A stretch of DNA of 33,307 nucleotides from a virus. Below, piece by piece: positions 8,607-18,189 of this stretch. Each line of letters opens with the position of its first letter. The stretch's first letter is position 1. The stretch spans positions 1 through 33,307 of IMG/VR virus record IMGVR_UViG_3300015369_000022; one strand, 5' to 3'. The translations under genes and the position numbers were made by a program. Under the pieces are notes generated by a model. That model did not search any database. It worked only from the letters and a program-made list of their open reading frames with translations, and had not been told where the DNA came from.

Positions 8607-9788
8607 ATGTTCGATTGGTTATTTGAAAAGAATGACAAAATCATAAGCTATATGGAAATACTCCAGAGCCAGATCAAGGAGCTGAATGCGAGCAAATTCG
8701 CGATGCACAAATGCATTTCGATGATCGCAAATGCCATCGCGAAGAGCGAGATCGTCATCCAGGGCGAGAGCGGTCTCCGCATTGATGAGATCTATTACAG
8801 ACTCAATGTCCAGCCGAATGACAATGAGACCGGGACTGAATTCTGGAAGGCTGTCACGGCGAGATTATTGATCGAGAGCGAGTGCCTCATCATCCCGATG
8901 GGATCCGGACTCGATCGTAAATTCTATATCGCTGATACATGGACCGAAGATAATACCATCATGAGACCGCGCAAATACTCGAATATCACTCTCGAATGCG
9001 CGAGACAGACGATTCAGCTCCGGAAGAATTTCAAGGCTGACGAAGTCATCCATCTGAGGCTCCCGGCCACAGAGCAAAAACGCCAGTATTTCATGAATGT
9101 CGCTCAGCTGTACGACAAGACCGCATCGACAGCGGCCACGCTTGTCCAGCTTGCTAATACTCCGAAGTGGGGAGTCGGCGTTGACACGAATGTGAGACTG
9201 GTCGAAAAGAGCGCGGACGGTACGGACAAGGTGCTGACCGGCCGCGAGTATGTCGACCGGATCAAGAATATGCTGACATCGGATGACATCGTGGCGATGA
9301 TGATTCCGCAAGGAGTCAGCATCGAGGCGCTCCAGACAAGCGGGAGCTCATCCGTCTCGACGTCGGATCTCGATTCACTGATCCAGGCGGCGGAGTCCGC
9401 GGCGGCCAGAGCATTCGACATCCCTCAGATGGTATATTTCGGGACCATCTCGGACAAGAGTGACGCGACAAATGAATTCATCACATACGCGGTCGGACCT
9501 GTCGCTGAATGCATCAATGACGGCATGAATGCGAGTCTGGTCGGAATGGATGATTACATCAATAAGAATGAGCGAGTCATGATCTTCCTGGCGCGTTTCA
9601 AGCACATTGACATTATCGACAGCGCGGACAAGCTGTCGAAGATGCGCGGAGACGGCTGGACGCTCGATGAGATATTCCATCTTGTGGGATATCCGGAGCT
9701 CCATACCGATTTCACGATGACAAGGGCATTGACGAAGAACTACGCCACGGCCGAAGCCGGCGGCGCTGTAGATTCGGAAAGCAAATAA
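8607..9788 (+). CDS. Portal protein (HK97 family-like)
   Basis: 393 aa, positioned between TerL and the prohead protease. Confidence 0.85.
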   Translation: MFDWLFEKNDKIISYMEILQSQIKELNASKFAMHKCISMIANAIAKSEIVIQGESGLRIDEIYYRLNVQPNDNETGTEFWKAVTARLLIESECLIIPMGSGLDRKFYIADTWTEDNTIMRPRKYSNITLECARQTIQLRKNFKADEVIHLRLPATEQKRQYFMNVAQLYDKTASTAATLVQLANTPKWGVGVDTNVRLVEKSADGTDKVLTGREYVDRIKNMLTSDDIVAMMIPQGVSIEALQTSGSSSVSTSDLDSLIQAAESAAARAFDIPQMVYFGTISDKSDATNEFITYAVGPVAECINDGMNASLVGMDDYINKNERVMIFLARFKHIDIIDSADKLSKMRGDGWTLDEIFHLVGYPELHTDFTMTRALTKNYATAEAGGAVDSESK

Positions 9789-9828
9789 ACACAAAACTCC
9801 GGAGGCTGTCCGGAAGAAAGGAGACGGA

Positions 9829-10773
9829 ATGAGCGGAAAATATTATCAGCTGGTAGCCGATGAGAAGAGCGACAGCGCGGAGCTTTATATCTTCGGAGAC
9901 ATCGCGGAAGAAGGATCGAAGTGGTCTGAGCTCGACAAGAGCGCATCCGATATCGTGTCTGAGCTTAAGGCTCTCAAGGCGAAGAATCTTGACGTACACA
10001 TCAACAGCTATGGCGGCGATGTGAAGGAAGGTCTCGCAATCTATAACACTCTCAAGAATGCTGACATGAAGGTGAAGACCATCGATGATGGCTTCGCGTG
10101 CTCAGCGGCGTCGGTCGTATTCATGGCCGGAGGCGAGAGAGTTATGAACGATGCATCTCTTCTCATGATTCACAATGCCTGGACATTCGGAGCCGGTAAC
10201 GCTGAGGAGCTTCGCAAGATGGCGGACGATCTCGAGATCGTAAACCAGGCGAGCGTCGAGGCGTACAAGGCAAATTCGAATCTCGATGAAGCTACGATCA
10301 AGGAGCTTATGGACGCGGAGAGCTGGATTCTCCCGGAGGAAGCTCTCGATTATGGCTTCGCGACATCCATCAAGGCAAGAGAATCATCTGACGGTCCGAA
10401 GCAAGGAGCATGGGATGCCATCTTCAAGCAGCTGACAGCTACGCAAGACGAAGAGCCGGAAGAGCCGGAGAATCCGGATGAGCCTGGCGCTCCAGATGAG
10501 CCGGAGATGCCGGAAGATCTGGCGGACAAGCTCGACGAGATCTCCACGAAGCTGGACATCCTCATCGATGCTGTCACATCTGACGAAGATGAGCCGGAGG
10601 ATCCGAAGGAATCCGACGAGGATGAAGAGGATCCGGAAGAGCCGGACGATGAATCTGAAGACGATGAGTCTGATGATGATGAATCGGACGATGATGACGA
10701 TGACACTGACGAAGATGATAAGCCGGAAGAATCCGCGGCGCGTCAGAAGGCTGGATTCAATTCTTTATTTTAA
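9829..10773 (+). CDS. ClpP-like (S14) prohead protease with a long poly-acidic C-terminal extension
   Basis: ClpP core motifs are INSYGGDV and GFACSAASVVFMAGGERVM...LLMIHNAW. The last ~100 aa are D/E/P-rich. Confidence 0.85.
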   Translation: MSGKYYQLVADEKSDSAELYIFGDIAEEGSKWSELDKSASDIVSELKALKAKNLDVHINSYGGDVKEGLAIYNTLKNADMKVKTIDDGFACSAASVVFMAGGERVMNDASLLMIHNAWTFGAGNAEELRKMADDLEIVNQASVEAYKANSNLDEATIKELMDAESWILPEEALDYGFATSIKARESSDGPKQGAWDAIFKQLTATQDEEPEEPENPDEPGAPDEPEMPEDLADKLDEISTKLDILIDAVTSDEDEPEDPKESDEDEEDPEEPDDESEDDESDDDESDDDDDDTDEDDKPEESAARQKAGFNSLF

Positions 10774-10797
10774 TATCTTGATAAGGAGACAAACAAA

Positions 10798-11934
10798 ATG
10801 AAAATCGATAAGAATATGAAGGATCAGATCAACAAGATCTTCGAGAAGACCGAAGATAAGACTGACGCTGTTATCGAGGCTATGGAGCTTGTAAACGAGA
10901 ATAGATATAAGGAGCTCATCAGCCAGATCACAGAGGAAGCAGCTAATGTCCAGGCTAACGCTGATTATATGAAGCAGCTCGGACTCCATCAGCCGACAAA
11001 GAGCGAGAGAGAATTCTATGAGATCATCAAGAGCGGCAACATCAAACAGGCTATCTCAGCCGATCAGATCACTGTAATTCCTACAGAGATCATCGACAGG
11101 ACAATGGACGGACTCAAGAAGGAGTCGACAGTCCTTGAGCTGGTTGATTTCGCTCCGGCTAACGTGAAGAGATGGATCAGCGCAAGCTATACCGGATCTT
11201 ATGTATGGGGCGAGCTCTTCTCGGCTCTCGATAAGACAAAGGACATCCAGGCAACATTCAAGAGTATCGATCTTGAGCTCGGAAAGCTCTGGGCTCTGAT
11301 CATCATTCCAAAGGCTGTCAGAGACCTGGCTCTCCCATTCGTTGATAAGTATTTCACGGCTGTACTCGCTGAGGTTATGAGAGACGGCCTTGAGTATGGA
11401 TACATCAATGGAGCCGGCATCGCATCATATCAGCCGATTGGAATTCTGAACACAATCGACGATCCAGCTACAGCGAAGACAGCTGTCGAGATCACAGATC
11501 TAACTCCGGTCGGACTCGCTGATGCTTGCGTTACACTGACCACAGTCAATGGCGTTGTAGGTGCAAGAGCTATCGACGAGCTCCACATCGTATGCAATGC
11601 CGCCGATTACTTCCAGTATGTAAGACCGGCAATGCTTGTCCAGAATGCAATGGGAGCATGGGTTGATGGCACCGGAATGAATATCAAGGTACATCCGACC
11701 ACAAACATCGAGAGCGGAAAGGCTGCTCTGACTATCCCTCACGCTTATGTAATGGGATCCTCCGGCGTTGCACTCAATGAGTACAAGGAGACTCTCGCGC
11801 TCGATGACGCTGATCTGGTTATCGGCAAGGTATACGCTAATGGACGTCCGGCGGACGATAACGCGGCTGTAGTATTCGATCCTACAAAACTGACTCCGCT
11901 GTACTTCAATGTTAAGACCATCACTGGAGCATAG
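10798..11934 (+). CDS. Major capsid protein (HK97 fold)
   Basis: 378 aa, follows the protease, with a coiled N-terminal delta-like region. Confidence 0.85.
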   Translation: MKIDKNMKDQINKIFEKTEDKTDAVIEAMELVNENRYKELISQITEEAANVQANADYMKQLGLHQPTKSEREFYEIIKSGNIKQAISADQITVIPTEIIDRTMDGLKKESTVLELVDFAPANVKRWISASYTGSYVWGELFSALDKTKDIQATFKSIDLELGKLWALIIIPKAVRDLALPFVDKYFTAVLAEVMRDGLEYGYINGAGIASYQPIGILNTIDDPATAKTAVEITDLTPVGLADACVTLTTVNGVVGARAIDELHIVCNAADYFQYVRPAMLVQNAMGAWVDGTGMNIKVHPTTNIESGKAALTIPHAYVMGSSGVALNEYKETLALDDADLVIGKVYANGRPADDNAAVVFDPTKLTPLYFNVKTITGA

Positions 11935-11953
11935 TTGATGGGAGGTGAGACAT

Positions 11954-12487
11954 ATGGCTGATTATGACGCATTGATTACGGAGATCCGGGAAGATTACCA
12001 GCTTCCGCCGTATGTCTCCGACACTGTAATTACCAGATACATCCAGGAAGGCGAGGCTTTTTTCAATAGTCTCGCCATATCCGTGGATTATGATTCCGAT
12101 CTTGAATTGAGATCTCTTCTCAAGAATTATGTGTACTATGCATGGAATCATGTGCTCAATGAATTTCAAGAGAATTACTCTCGGAGCATTCTCAAATGGC
12201 AATTCGAGCATGAAGAGGATCCGTCCGATCTGGAGTCGGATGAATATGCTACGATGTCGACTCTGAAGTACATCGCAAACGGAGGATCCGGGACGATGTA
12301 TTCGGTATCAGTGACCATCGGAGAGACAATGGAGGTCGATGAATGCGGCTTCACATATTCCGGCTATTCGTTCAAAGAGTGGAATACATCCTCCGACGGA
12401 TCCGGCGATTCATACGCTCCGGGCGATGACATCACTCTTGATTCTAAGAATGTGAATCTGTACGCAATATGGGAGGAAGAATCATGA
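11954..12487 (+). CDS. Head-tail connector (gp6-like) fused to a C-terminal Listeria-Bacteroides repeat (Flg_new) domain
   Basis: GGAGGTG RBS precedes ATG 11954. The N-terminus is gp6-like (ITEIREDYQLP...). The C-terminus ANGGSGTMYSVSV..GYSFKEWNTSSDGSGDSYAPGDDITL...NLYAIWEE matches the Flg_new signature. Confidence 0.65.
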   Translation: MADYDALITEIREDYQLPPYVSDTVITRYIQEGEAFFNSLAISVDYDSDLELRSLLKNYVYYAWNHVLNEFQENYSRSILKWQFEHEEDPSDLESDEYATMSTLKYIANGGSGTMYSVSVTIGETMEVDECGFTYSGYSFKEWNTSSDGSGDSYAPGDDITLDSKNVNLYAIWEEES

Positions 12488-12888
12488 AGAAGCGCAAGCA
12501 GCATCCGCCGACATATCTTGACGGCGAGCTGACACTCTATGACATCATCGACCGGGCGGACGATGAGAATCCGGACTTCCCTGTCAAGATGATCAAGCTC
12601 AGAGATATCGATCCGATCCCGTATCGGGACTTGAGCGTGTATGATCGGACGCGACTTGTATTCGAGCAAGCCGGTAAGACCATTACTCACAAGCTCGCGA
12701 TCCCGACTCACTGGACCGGCATTGATACGGATTGTGTATGTATGTTAAGTGAAGTGAATAAGGTCGGCGAGACCGACACGAATCAGTACAAAGTATTCAA
12801 TTGTGCTTTTGTATGGCGTGACGGTTACGCTGAGACTGAGCTGACGCTTGAGATGCCGGAGGCGGCGTATGAGGTGAGTGAATCATGA
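12484..12888 (+). CDS. Head-tail joining protein (head-closure position)
   Basis: ATGA overlap with the upstream stop. Function is assigned by position only. Confidence 0.5.
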   Translation: MKKRKQHPPTYLDGELTLYDIIDRADDENPDFPVKMIKLRDIDPIPYRDLSVYDRTRLVFEQAGKTITHKLAIPTHWTGIDTDCVCMLSEVNKVGETDTNQYKVFNCAFVWRDGYAETELTLEMPEAAYEVSES

Positions 12889-13229
12889 TTCTGAAGAAAA
12901 GTGAACTAAGCGAAATACTGAATAGTCTGGACATCCCGGTCGGGGAGGGCGAACAATTCATCGAGTCAAAAGACACGATGCCGAAAATCGCATACTGGGA
13001 ATATGTCTGGAGCGACGATATGGCCTCCGGGGACGATTACGAGATGATCGTCACATACCAGGTCTCATTCGTGGCTAATAAGCCGCGTCATTCGAAGCTT
13101 GTGGCTCTTAAGGCCGCGCTGAATGATGCGGGTATACATCCGACGATATATCACGAATATGTGAAGGGCCAGAATTCCGCCGGATATTTCCACAGCTATT
13201 TCAGTATCGATGTCACGGAGGATGAGTGA
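12885..13229 (+). CDS. Head-tail joining / tail-completion protein (by position)
   Basis: 114-aa ORF translationally coupled to both neighbours. Confidence 0.5.
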   Translation: MILKKSELSEILNSLDIPVGEGEQFIESKDTMPKIAYWEYVWSDDMASGDDYEMIVTYQVSFVANKPRHSKLVALKAALNDAGIHPTIYHEYVKGQNSAGYFHSYFSIDVTEDE

Positions 13230-13612
13230 TGGGATTTCACAGCGGAGTAAGTGTCGAGACCGACGGATTCGGTGAATTCGAAGAGACTCTCGCTCAATAT
13301 CTCGAGAAGATGGATGATTCGAGCATCTCCGCGATACTGAAGACCGGAGCCGATGCGCTTGTCCAGGATCTTCTCAGACTCCCGTCCCCGCGGTCGAATA
13401 TATCGAAGGGAAGCTATACGCATCTCATTGATGTATTCTCAGACCGTCAGTCAGCTGACGGAGTCAGCTGGGAAGTCGGCTGGGGCAAATGGTATGGCCC
13501 GTATGTCGAGAGCGGGACATCTCGATCGAAGGCTAATCCGCACATGAAACCTTTATTCGAGCGGAATAAAGAGCGGTATTACAGTAAAATGATTGATCAA
13601 TTCGAAAAATAA
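13226..13612 (+). CDS. HK97 gp10-family tail component
   Basis: The motif WEVGWGKWYGPYVESGTSRSKANPHMKP is typical of the gp10 family. Confidence 0.7.
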   Translation: MMGFHSGVSVETDGFGEFEETLAQYLEKMDDSSISAILKTGADALVQDLLRLPSPRSNISKGSYTHLIDVFSDRQSADGVSWEVGWGKWYGPYVESGTSRSKANPHMKPLFERNKERYYSKMIDQFEK

Positions 13613-13624
13613 GGAGGACCAGCA

Positions 13625-14299
13625 ATGGCAATTGAAAACAAACATCCAGCGGTGAAGTACACTGTCGGCGCTCAGTATATTTGCTTCAATAAGATGAGCG
13701 ATGAGAATGAGTGGACAGAGGAATTCGAAGAGACCGTATACAAGCTCCCGACGGTTGTGGATATCGATGTCAGTGATAATGATGATTCGTATGATCTGTA
13801 CGCATCCGGTGACATTTATGACAGCGATACAACGACCACATCGAAGGAAATCAGCGAGACGAATGTCGCATTCCCGACGGAGCTTCTCGCTAAGATGAAG
13901 GGCGATGACGTCGATTCCGGAGTCATCCTGGAAGGCGGCCCGACCGTAAGACCGTTCTTCGCTTATGGCGTTCCTATCATGGCGAAGGATGGCACATATG
14001 ACATGAGATGGTATCCGAAGTGCAAACTGACGGAGAATTCCGACGCGGCTCAGACATCGACAGATTCTCACTCTGACCAGAACGACACTATCACGATCAA
14101 GGCTTATGGCTTCAACGATGATAAACAGATCGCCGTCAGAGCTGAGACAGCGAATGAGACGCTTGCTTCACTGACAGAGGATTCATTCTTTGCGGCTCCG
14201 CTGCTCACGAGAGACGCTGTACTCGCGCTTGTTTCGTCATCGAAGTCAAGCTCGACAGCAAGCACAACGAGCTCAAAGAGCAAGACCGCGACTGAATAA
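13625..14299 (+). CDS. Major tail protein
   Basis: Strong RBS, 224 aa, immediately upstream of the chaperone pair and tape measure. Confidence 0.75.
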   Translation: MAIENKHPAVKYTVGAQYICFNKMSDENEWTEEFEETVYKLPTVVDIDVSDNDDSYDLYASGDIYDSDTTTTSKEISETNVAFPTELLAKMKGDDVDSGVILEGGPTVRPFFAYGVPIMAKDGTYDMRWYPKCKLTENSDAAQTSTDSHSDQNDTITIKAYGFNDDKQIAVRAETANETLASLTEDSFFAAPLLTRDAVLALVSSSKSSSTASTTSSKSKTATE

Positions 14300-14322
14300 G
14301 TCTCAGAAAGGAGATCACTATT

Positions 14323-14826
14323 ATGGCCAATAGCGATAAAACCGGCGCGGGGACGCTCGCGCCTCTCTCTTTAAGAGAATTGAAGTCGAAGGACGTATTC
14401 ACATTTGTCCGGATACTCAAAAAAGTTGATATCACTCAGCTCCGCGATTCATTGAGTCCGGAGCTGATTCAAGCTCTGGACTATAAGCAGCCGATGACGC
14501 GGAATGAGAAGGGCGAGATCGTCCCGCTTCCGGAATCGGAATGGACAGACAATCAGAGGAAGGCATATGAGAAGGCGGGATCCGCATTCATTGAATTCCT
14601 TCCGAATCTGATTGACTTCCTTCTCTCGAATATCGAGCTCATTGAAGATGATATATACAAGCTTCTCTCCGATGGGACCGGAGCGACGCTTGATCAGCTT
14701 TATGAGCTCCCGGCTGTCGAATTCGTCCAGCTGATATACGACTATGTATCGCGTGATAATTTCCGCGATTTTTTCTCGGATGCGCTCGAATTAGTCGGCT
14801 CGATAATGACGGACCGCAATTCGTAG
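14323..14826 (+). CDS. Tail assembly chaperone (gpG-like)
   Basis: Position upstream of the tape measure, and a slippery site lies near its 3' end. Confidence 0.75.
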   Translation: MANSDKTGAGTLAPLSLRELKSKDVFTFVRILKKVDITQLRDSLSPELIQALDYKQPMTRNEKGEIVPLPESEWTDNQRKAYEKAGSAFIEFLPNLIDFLLSNIELIEDDIYKLLSDGTGATLDQLYELPAVEFVQLIYDYVSRDNFRDFFSDALELVGSIMTDRNS

Positions 14827-14975
14827 ATGCGCTTTACAAGAGATACGCGGATCCGCTTCCTGTCCTTGAGTACAAGCTCGAGGTCGGGGAGCTGGATCCG
14901 TTCATTCAATATCTGGAAAAAACAATGCGCGAGGATTTAGCACTCCGGAGCGCATTTCTTAATTTACTGAGGTGA
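14323..14975 (+). CDS. Tail assembly chaperone frameshift product (gpGT-like), made by a -1 shift at 14769-14775
   Basis: The heptamer T TTT TTC is in the zero frame at 14769-14775. The -1 frame is open from there to TGA at 14973-14975. Confidence 0.65.
14769..14775 (+). promoter_or_regulatory. Programmed -1 ribosomal frameshift slippery heptamer (U UUU UUC)
   Basis: Read directly. It is in the correct X XXY YYZ register relative to the 14323 frame. Confidence 0.65.
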
Positions 14976-14981
14976 TGACAT

Positions 14982-17345
14982 ATGACTGACGATCTGAAAG
15001 TTGTCGGATTACAATTTAAGGCGGACGGCTCCGCGGACTTTAAGACGTCTCTAAAGGAGATCAATGCGGCATCGAAAGAGAATCAGTCTTCTCTCAAGCT
15101 TCTCAAGTCGCAATACGACCAGAACACATCCGCGACTCAAAAGCTGAAAAATGAGCAGCAATATCTCACGAAGCAAGTCGATCTTTACAAGGACAAGACC
15201 ACGATCCTCCGGAAGGAGCTCGAACAAATGGAGTCCGCTGAGAATCGTGATGAGGAAGCAATCAGCAAGAAAAAGACTCAGCTCAACCAGGCTGAGGCTC
15301 AGCTGAATAAGTATGAGTCCGCGCTTGATGACGTCAATACGAAACTGAAGACTCATCAAGCTGAGCTCGAAGAATGGAGCAAGAAGATCACATCTGTCGG
15401 CGACAAGATGCAAAAGGTCGGAGATGGCATGACGAAGTATGTTACCGGCTCGCTTGCGGCGGCATCGACTGCAATGGTCGGAGTAACTGAAGAGACTCGC
15501 GAGTATAGAACGGCGATGGGAAAGCTCAACACGGCCTTCACAACGAACGGTAAGAGCGCGGCACAGGCTGAAACCACATACAAGCAGCTTCAGTCAGTGC
15601 TTGGCGACTCTGATGTATCGGTAGAAGCAGCGAACCATCTTGCACAGCTGTGCGATGATGAACAGGATCTCCAGGCATGGACGAAAATCTGCACAGGCGT
15701 GTTCGCAACCTTCGGCGACTCATTGCCGATAGAAGGACTGACGGAGGCGGCGAACGAGACCGCAAAGTGCGGAGCTGTTACCGGGCCTTTTGCAGATGCT
15801 CTGAACTGGACGAGCACCAGCGCGGCGGCACTCGGCGATGCGATGGCATCCATACCGGCAGCACAGCAGGCATTCAATGACGCGATTGCCGAGGGCATGT
15901 CTAACGAGGACGCATTCAACGAGGCACTGGCGGCGTGCTCCGATGAGTCTGAGCGTGCGGCGATAATCACCAACACGATGGCGGCTGCTTATGATGGCGC
16001 AGCTGCATCCTACGAGGAAGGCAATGCTGACCTAATTGAAGCGAACAAAGCAACCGAAGACATGGCGGCAAGCATGGCGGACCTCGGAGCAGCTGCAGAG
16101 CCGATTGTAACGACCGGAAAGCAGATGGTGAGCGAGTTTCTTGTCAAGGCAGCAGACGCAGCGACTGAACTATCGAAGAAGTTTCAGAGCCTCTCACCTG
16201 ATACACAGAAACTCATACTGAAAGCGGCTGGCATTGCCGCGGCCATCGGCCCGGTGCTCTCTGTCGGAGGAAGACTGACGAAGGGAATCGGAAAAGTGGT
16301 CGGCAAGGTGCCGAACATTATCAAAGGCGTCCAGAGTGTCATCAAGATCGGCGGCAAGCTGAAGACGGCTCTCATGGCCTTGAATCCGACCACGCTGATC
16401 ATCATCGCGGTCATCGGTTCGCTCATTGCCATCGGCGTCGCATTGTATAAAAACTGGGATACGATCAAGGCATACGCCATCAAGATATGGAATGCCATCA
16501 AGACCACAGTCATTACTGTAGTCAATGGCATAAAGACCGGAGTTACGACGGCATTTAATGCGGTCAAGACCGTGGCTGTCACTGTATGGACCGCAATCAA
16601 GACGGCGATTATAACCGTGGTCAATGCAATCAAGACCGGCGTCATGACCGTATTCAATGGTGTGAAGACATTCGTCACGTCGGCATTCAATGGTATCAAG
16701 ACCGTGGCAACGACGGCATGGAATGCCATCAAGACCGCGATTCTCACTCCGATTACGACGGCAAGAGACAAGCTCAGCGGCATCATATCCGCGATCAAGA
16801 GCAAATTCTCATTCGGAGGCATCGCGGCATCTGTCGCGGCTACGTTCAATGCTGTCAAGTCGAAAATCACAGCTCCGATTGAGACGGCGAAGAACATCGT
16901 CAGCTCCGCGATCTCAAAGATCAAGAGCTTATTCAATGTGCATCTGTCATTCCCGAAGATCAAGCTCCCGCATTTCAAGATTACGGGAGGCAAAGTCCCG
17001 TGGGGAATCGGCGGCAAGGGTACAGCTCCGAAGATCGATATCCAGTGGTATCGCCGGGCTTATGAAACGGCGGCATATTTCGCGAAGCCGACTCTCATGA
17101 CAGCGACGGACGGATCCATCAAGGGATACGGAGACGGACCTGGCGGAGAATTTACCGTCGGAGAGAATAAGCTCCGGTCGACAGTCGCTTCCGGCGTTGC
17201 ATCAGCTTCCGGATTACTGGATCCGCAAGTGATTTACCAGGCGGCTCGACAGGGAGTCATCGACGGAATGAGCGAAGCGACAGTCACGCTCAAGCTGAAT
17301 GACCGTGAGGTCGCAAGAACACTAAGAACGATGGGAGCATTGTAA
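14982..17345 (+). CDS. Tape measure protein
   Basis: 787 aa with a coiled-coil N-terminus, hydrophobic segments and tandem 11-aa repeats. It follows the G/GT pair. Confidence 0.9.
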   Translation: MTDDLKVVGLQFKADGSADFKTSLKEINAASKENQSSLKLLKSQYDQNTSATQKLKNEQQYLTKQVDLYKDKTTILRKELEQMESAENRDEEAISKKKTQLNQAEAQLNKYESALDDVNTKLKTHQAELEEWSKKITSVGDKMQKVGDGMTKYVTGSLAAASTAMVGVTEETREYRTAMGKLNTAFTTNGKSAAQAETTYKQLQSVLGDSDVSVEAANHLAQLCDDEQDLQAWTKICTGVFATFGDSLPIEGLTEAANETAKCGAVTGPFADALNWTSTSAAALGDAMASIPAAQQAFNDAIAEGMSNEDAFNEALAACSDESERAAIITNTMAAAYDGAAASYEEGNADLIEANKATEDMAASMADLGAAAEPIVTTGKQMVSEFLVKAADAATELSKKFQSLSPDTQKLILKAAGIAAAIGPVLSVGGRLTKGIGKVVGKVPNIIKGVQSVIKIGGKLKTALMALNPTTLIIIAVIGSLIAIGVALYKNWDTIKAYAIKIWNAIKTTVITVVNGIKTGVTTAFNAVKTVAVTVWTAIKTAIITVVNAIKTGVMTVFNGVKTFVTSAFNGIKTVATTAWNAIKTAILTPITTARDKLSGIISAIKSKFSFGGIAASVAATFNAVKSKITAPIETAKNIVSSAISKIKSLFNVHLSFPKIKLPHFKITGGKVPWGIGGKGTAPKIDIQWYRRAYETAAYFAKPTLMTATDGSIKGYGDGPGGEFTVGENKLRSTVASGVASASGLLDPQVIYQAARQGVIDGMSEATVTLKLNDREVARTLRTMGAL
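16491..16754 (+). repeat. Eight tandem 33-nt (11-aa) repeats inside the tape measure gene
   Basis: NAIKTTVITVV NGIKTGVTTAF NAVKTVAVTVW TAIKTAIITVV NAIKTGVMTVF NGVKTFVTSAF NGIKTVATTAW NAIKTAILTPI. Confidence 0.85.
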
Positions 17346-17346
17346 G

Positions 17347-18189
17347 ATGAGTATTGATGTAATTTATACCGCATCAAGCGGAAACAAATATAATCTCAAG
17401 GCTTCCGGACTCGGGATGGATCGTGAGACGAATTTCCATTCCTGGACATACTCTCCGAATACTACTCAAAGACAGTACGGAGATAAGCTCAACCGATACG
17501 AGAAGGAGGCTCTGACATACAGCGCAAAATTATACTTCCGCGATTCAATCGAGGATTCGCGGGATATGATCGAAGCGCTCCACGAAGATTTCGAGCTCGA
17601 TATCTCGAATGAGACTCCGGGAAAAATATCGTGGAATGACTGGTATATCGAATGCTATGTCCAGTCATCCACATTGACTCCGGGCGATGATAATGGTTAT
17701 GTCGAGAATGAAGTCGAGATATACGCTCCATATCCTTTTTGGATTAAGGACGCAACGAAGACATTCAATGCATCGTCCGGGACTTCGGAGTATGAATTTC
17801 TCGACTATACTTTCGATTACGAATACGACTATACTCCGGCCGATGTCGGTGTCGCGAAGTGGATAACGCATCATGCGTTCAAGTCGGAATTCTTGATGCG
17901 AATTTATGGTCCATGTTCGAATCCGAAGGTTGTTATCAATGGCCATGTATATCAAGTGTACTGTTCACTCGGAAACGGCGAATATCTTCTCATCAATTCG
18001 AGAGAGGGTACGGCATACAAATACAGCTCGACCGGAGTCGCGACAAACGTATTCGATTTAAGAGATAAGACATCGAGCTTGTTCTACAAAATCCCGGGCG
18101 GGACGCTGACACTGACTTGGCCGGGGACATTCAAATTCGATCTGACACTGTATGAGGAAAGGAGTGAGCCTTTATGGACGACAGCGTAA
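17347..18189 (+). CDS. Distal tail protein (Dit, Sipho_tail-like)
   Basis: 280 aa, directly after the tape measure. Confidence 0.7.
   Translation: MSIDVIYTASSGNKYNLKASGLGMDRETNFHSWTYSPNTTQRQYGDKLNRYEKEALTYSAKLYFRDSIEDSRDMIEALHEDFELDISNETPGKISWNDWYIECYVQSSTLTPGDDNGYVENEVEIYAPYPFWIKDATKTFNASSGTSEYEFLDYTFDYEYDYTPADVGVAKWITHHAFKSEFLMRIYGPCSNPKVVINGHVYQVYCSLGNGEYLLINSREGTAYKYSSTGVATNVFDLRDKTSSLFYKIPGGTLTLTWPGTFKFDLTLYEERSEPLWTTA

Noticed and set aside
10350-10706. Ser-rich 118-aa ORF on the - strand
   Set aside because: It is the antisense reading of the GAN/GAY-rich acidic tail of the protease gene, so it is a compositional artefact.
16184-17017. 277-aa ORF on the - strand inside the tape measure gene, with similar long antisense ORFs at 7422-8063, 8087-8581, 13553-14071, 15590-15976, 28774-29478, 29569-30132 and 25054-25629
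   Set aside because: These are shadow ORFs opposite well-supported genes. They have no RBS and low-complexity or repeat-mirroring composition, and they would break tightly packed operons.
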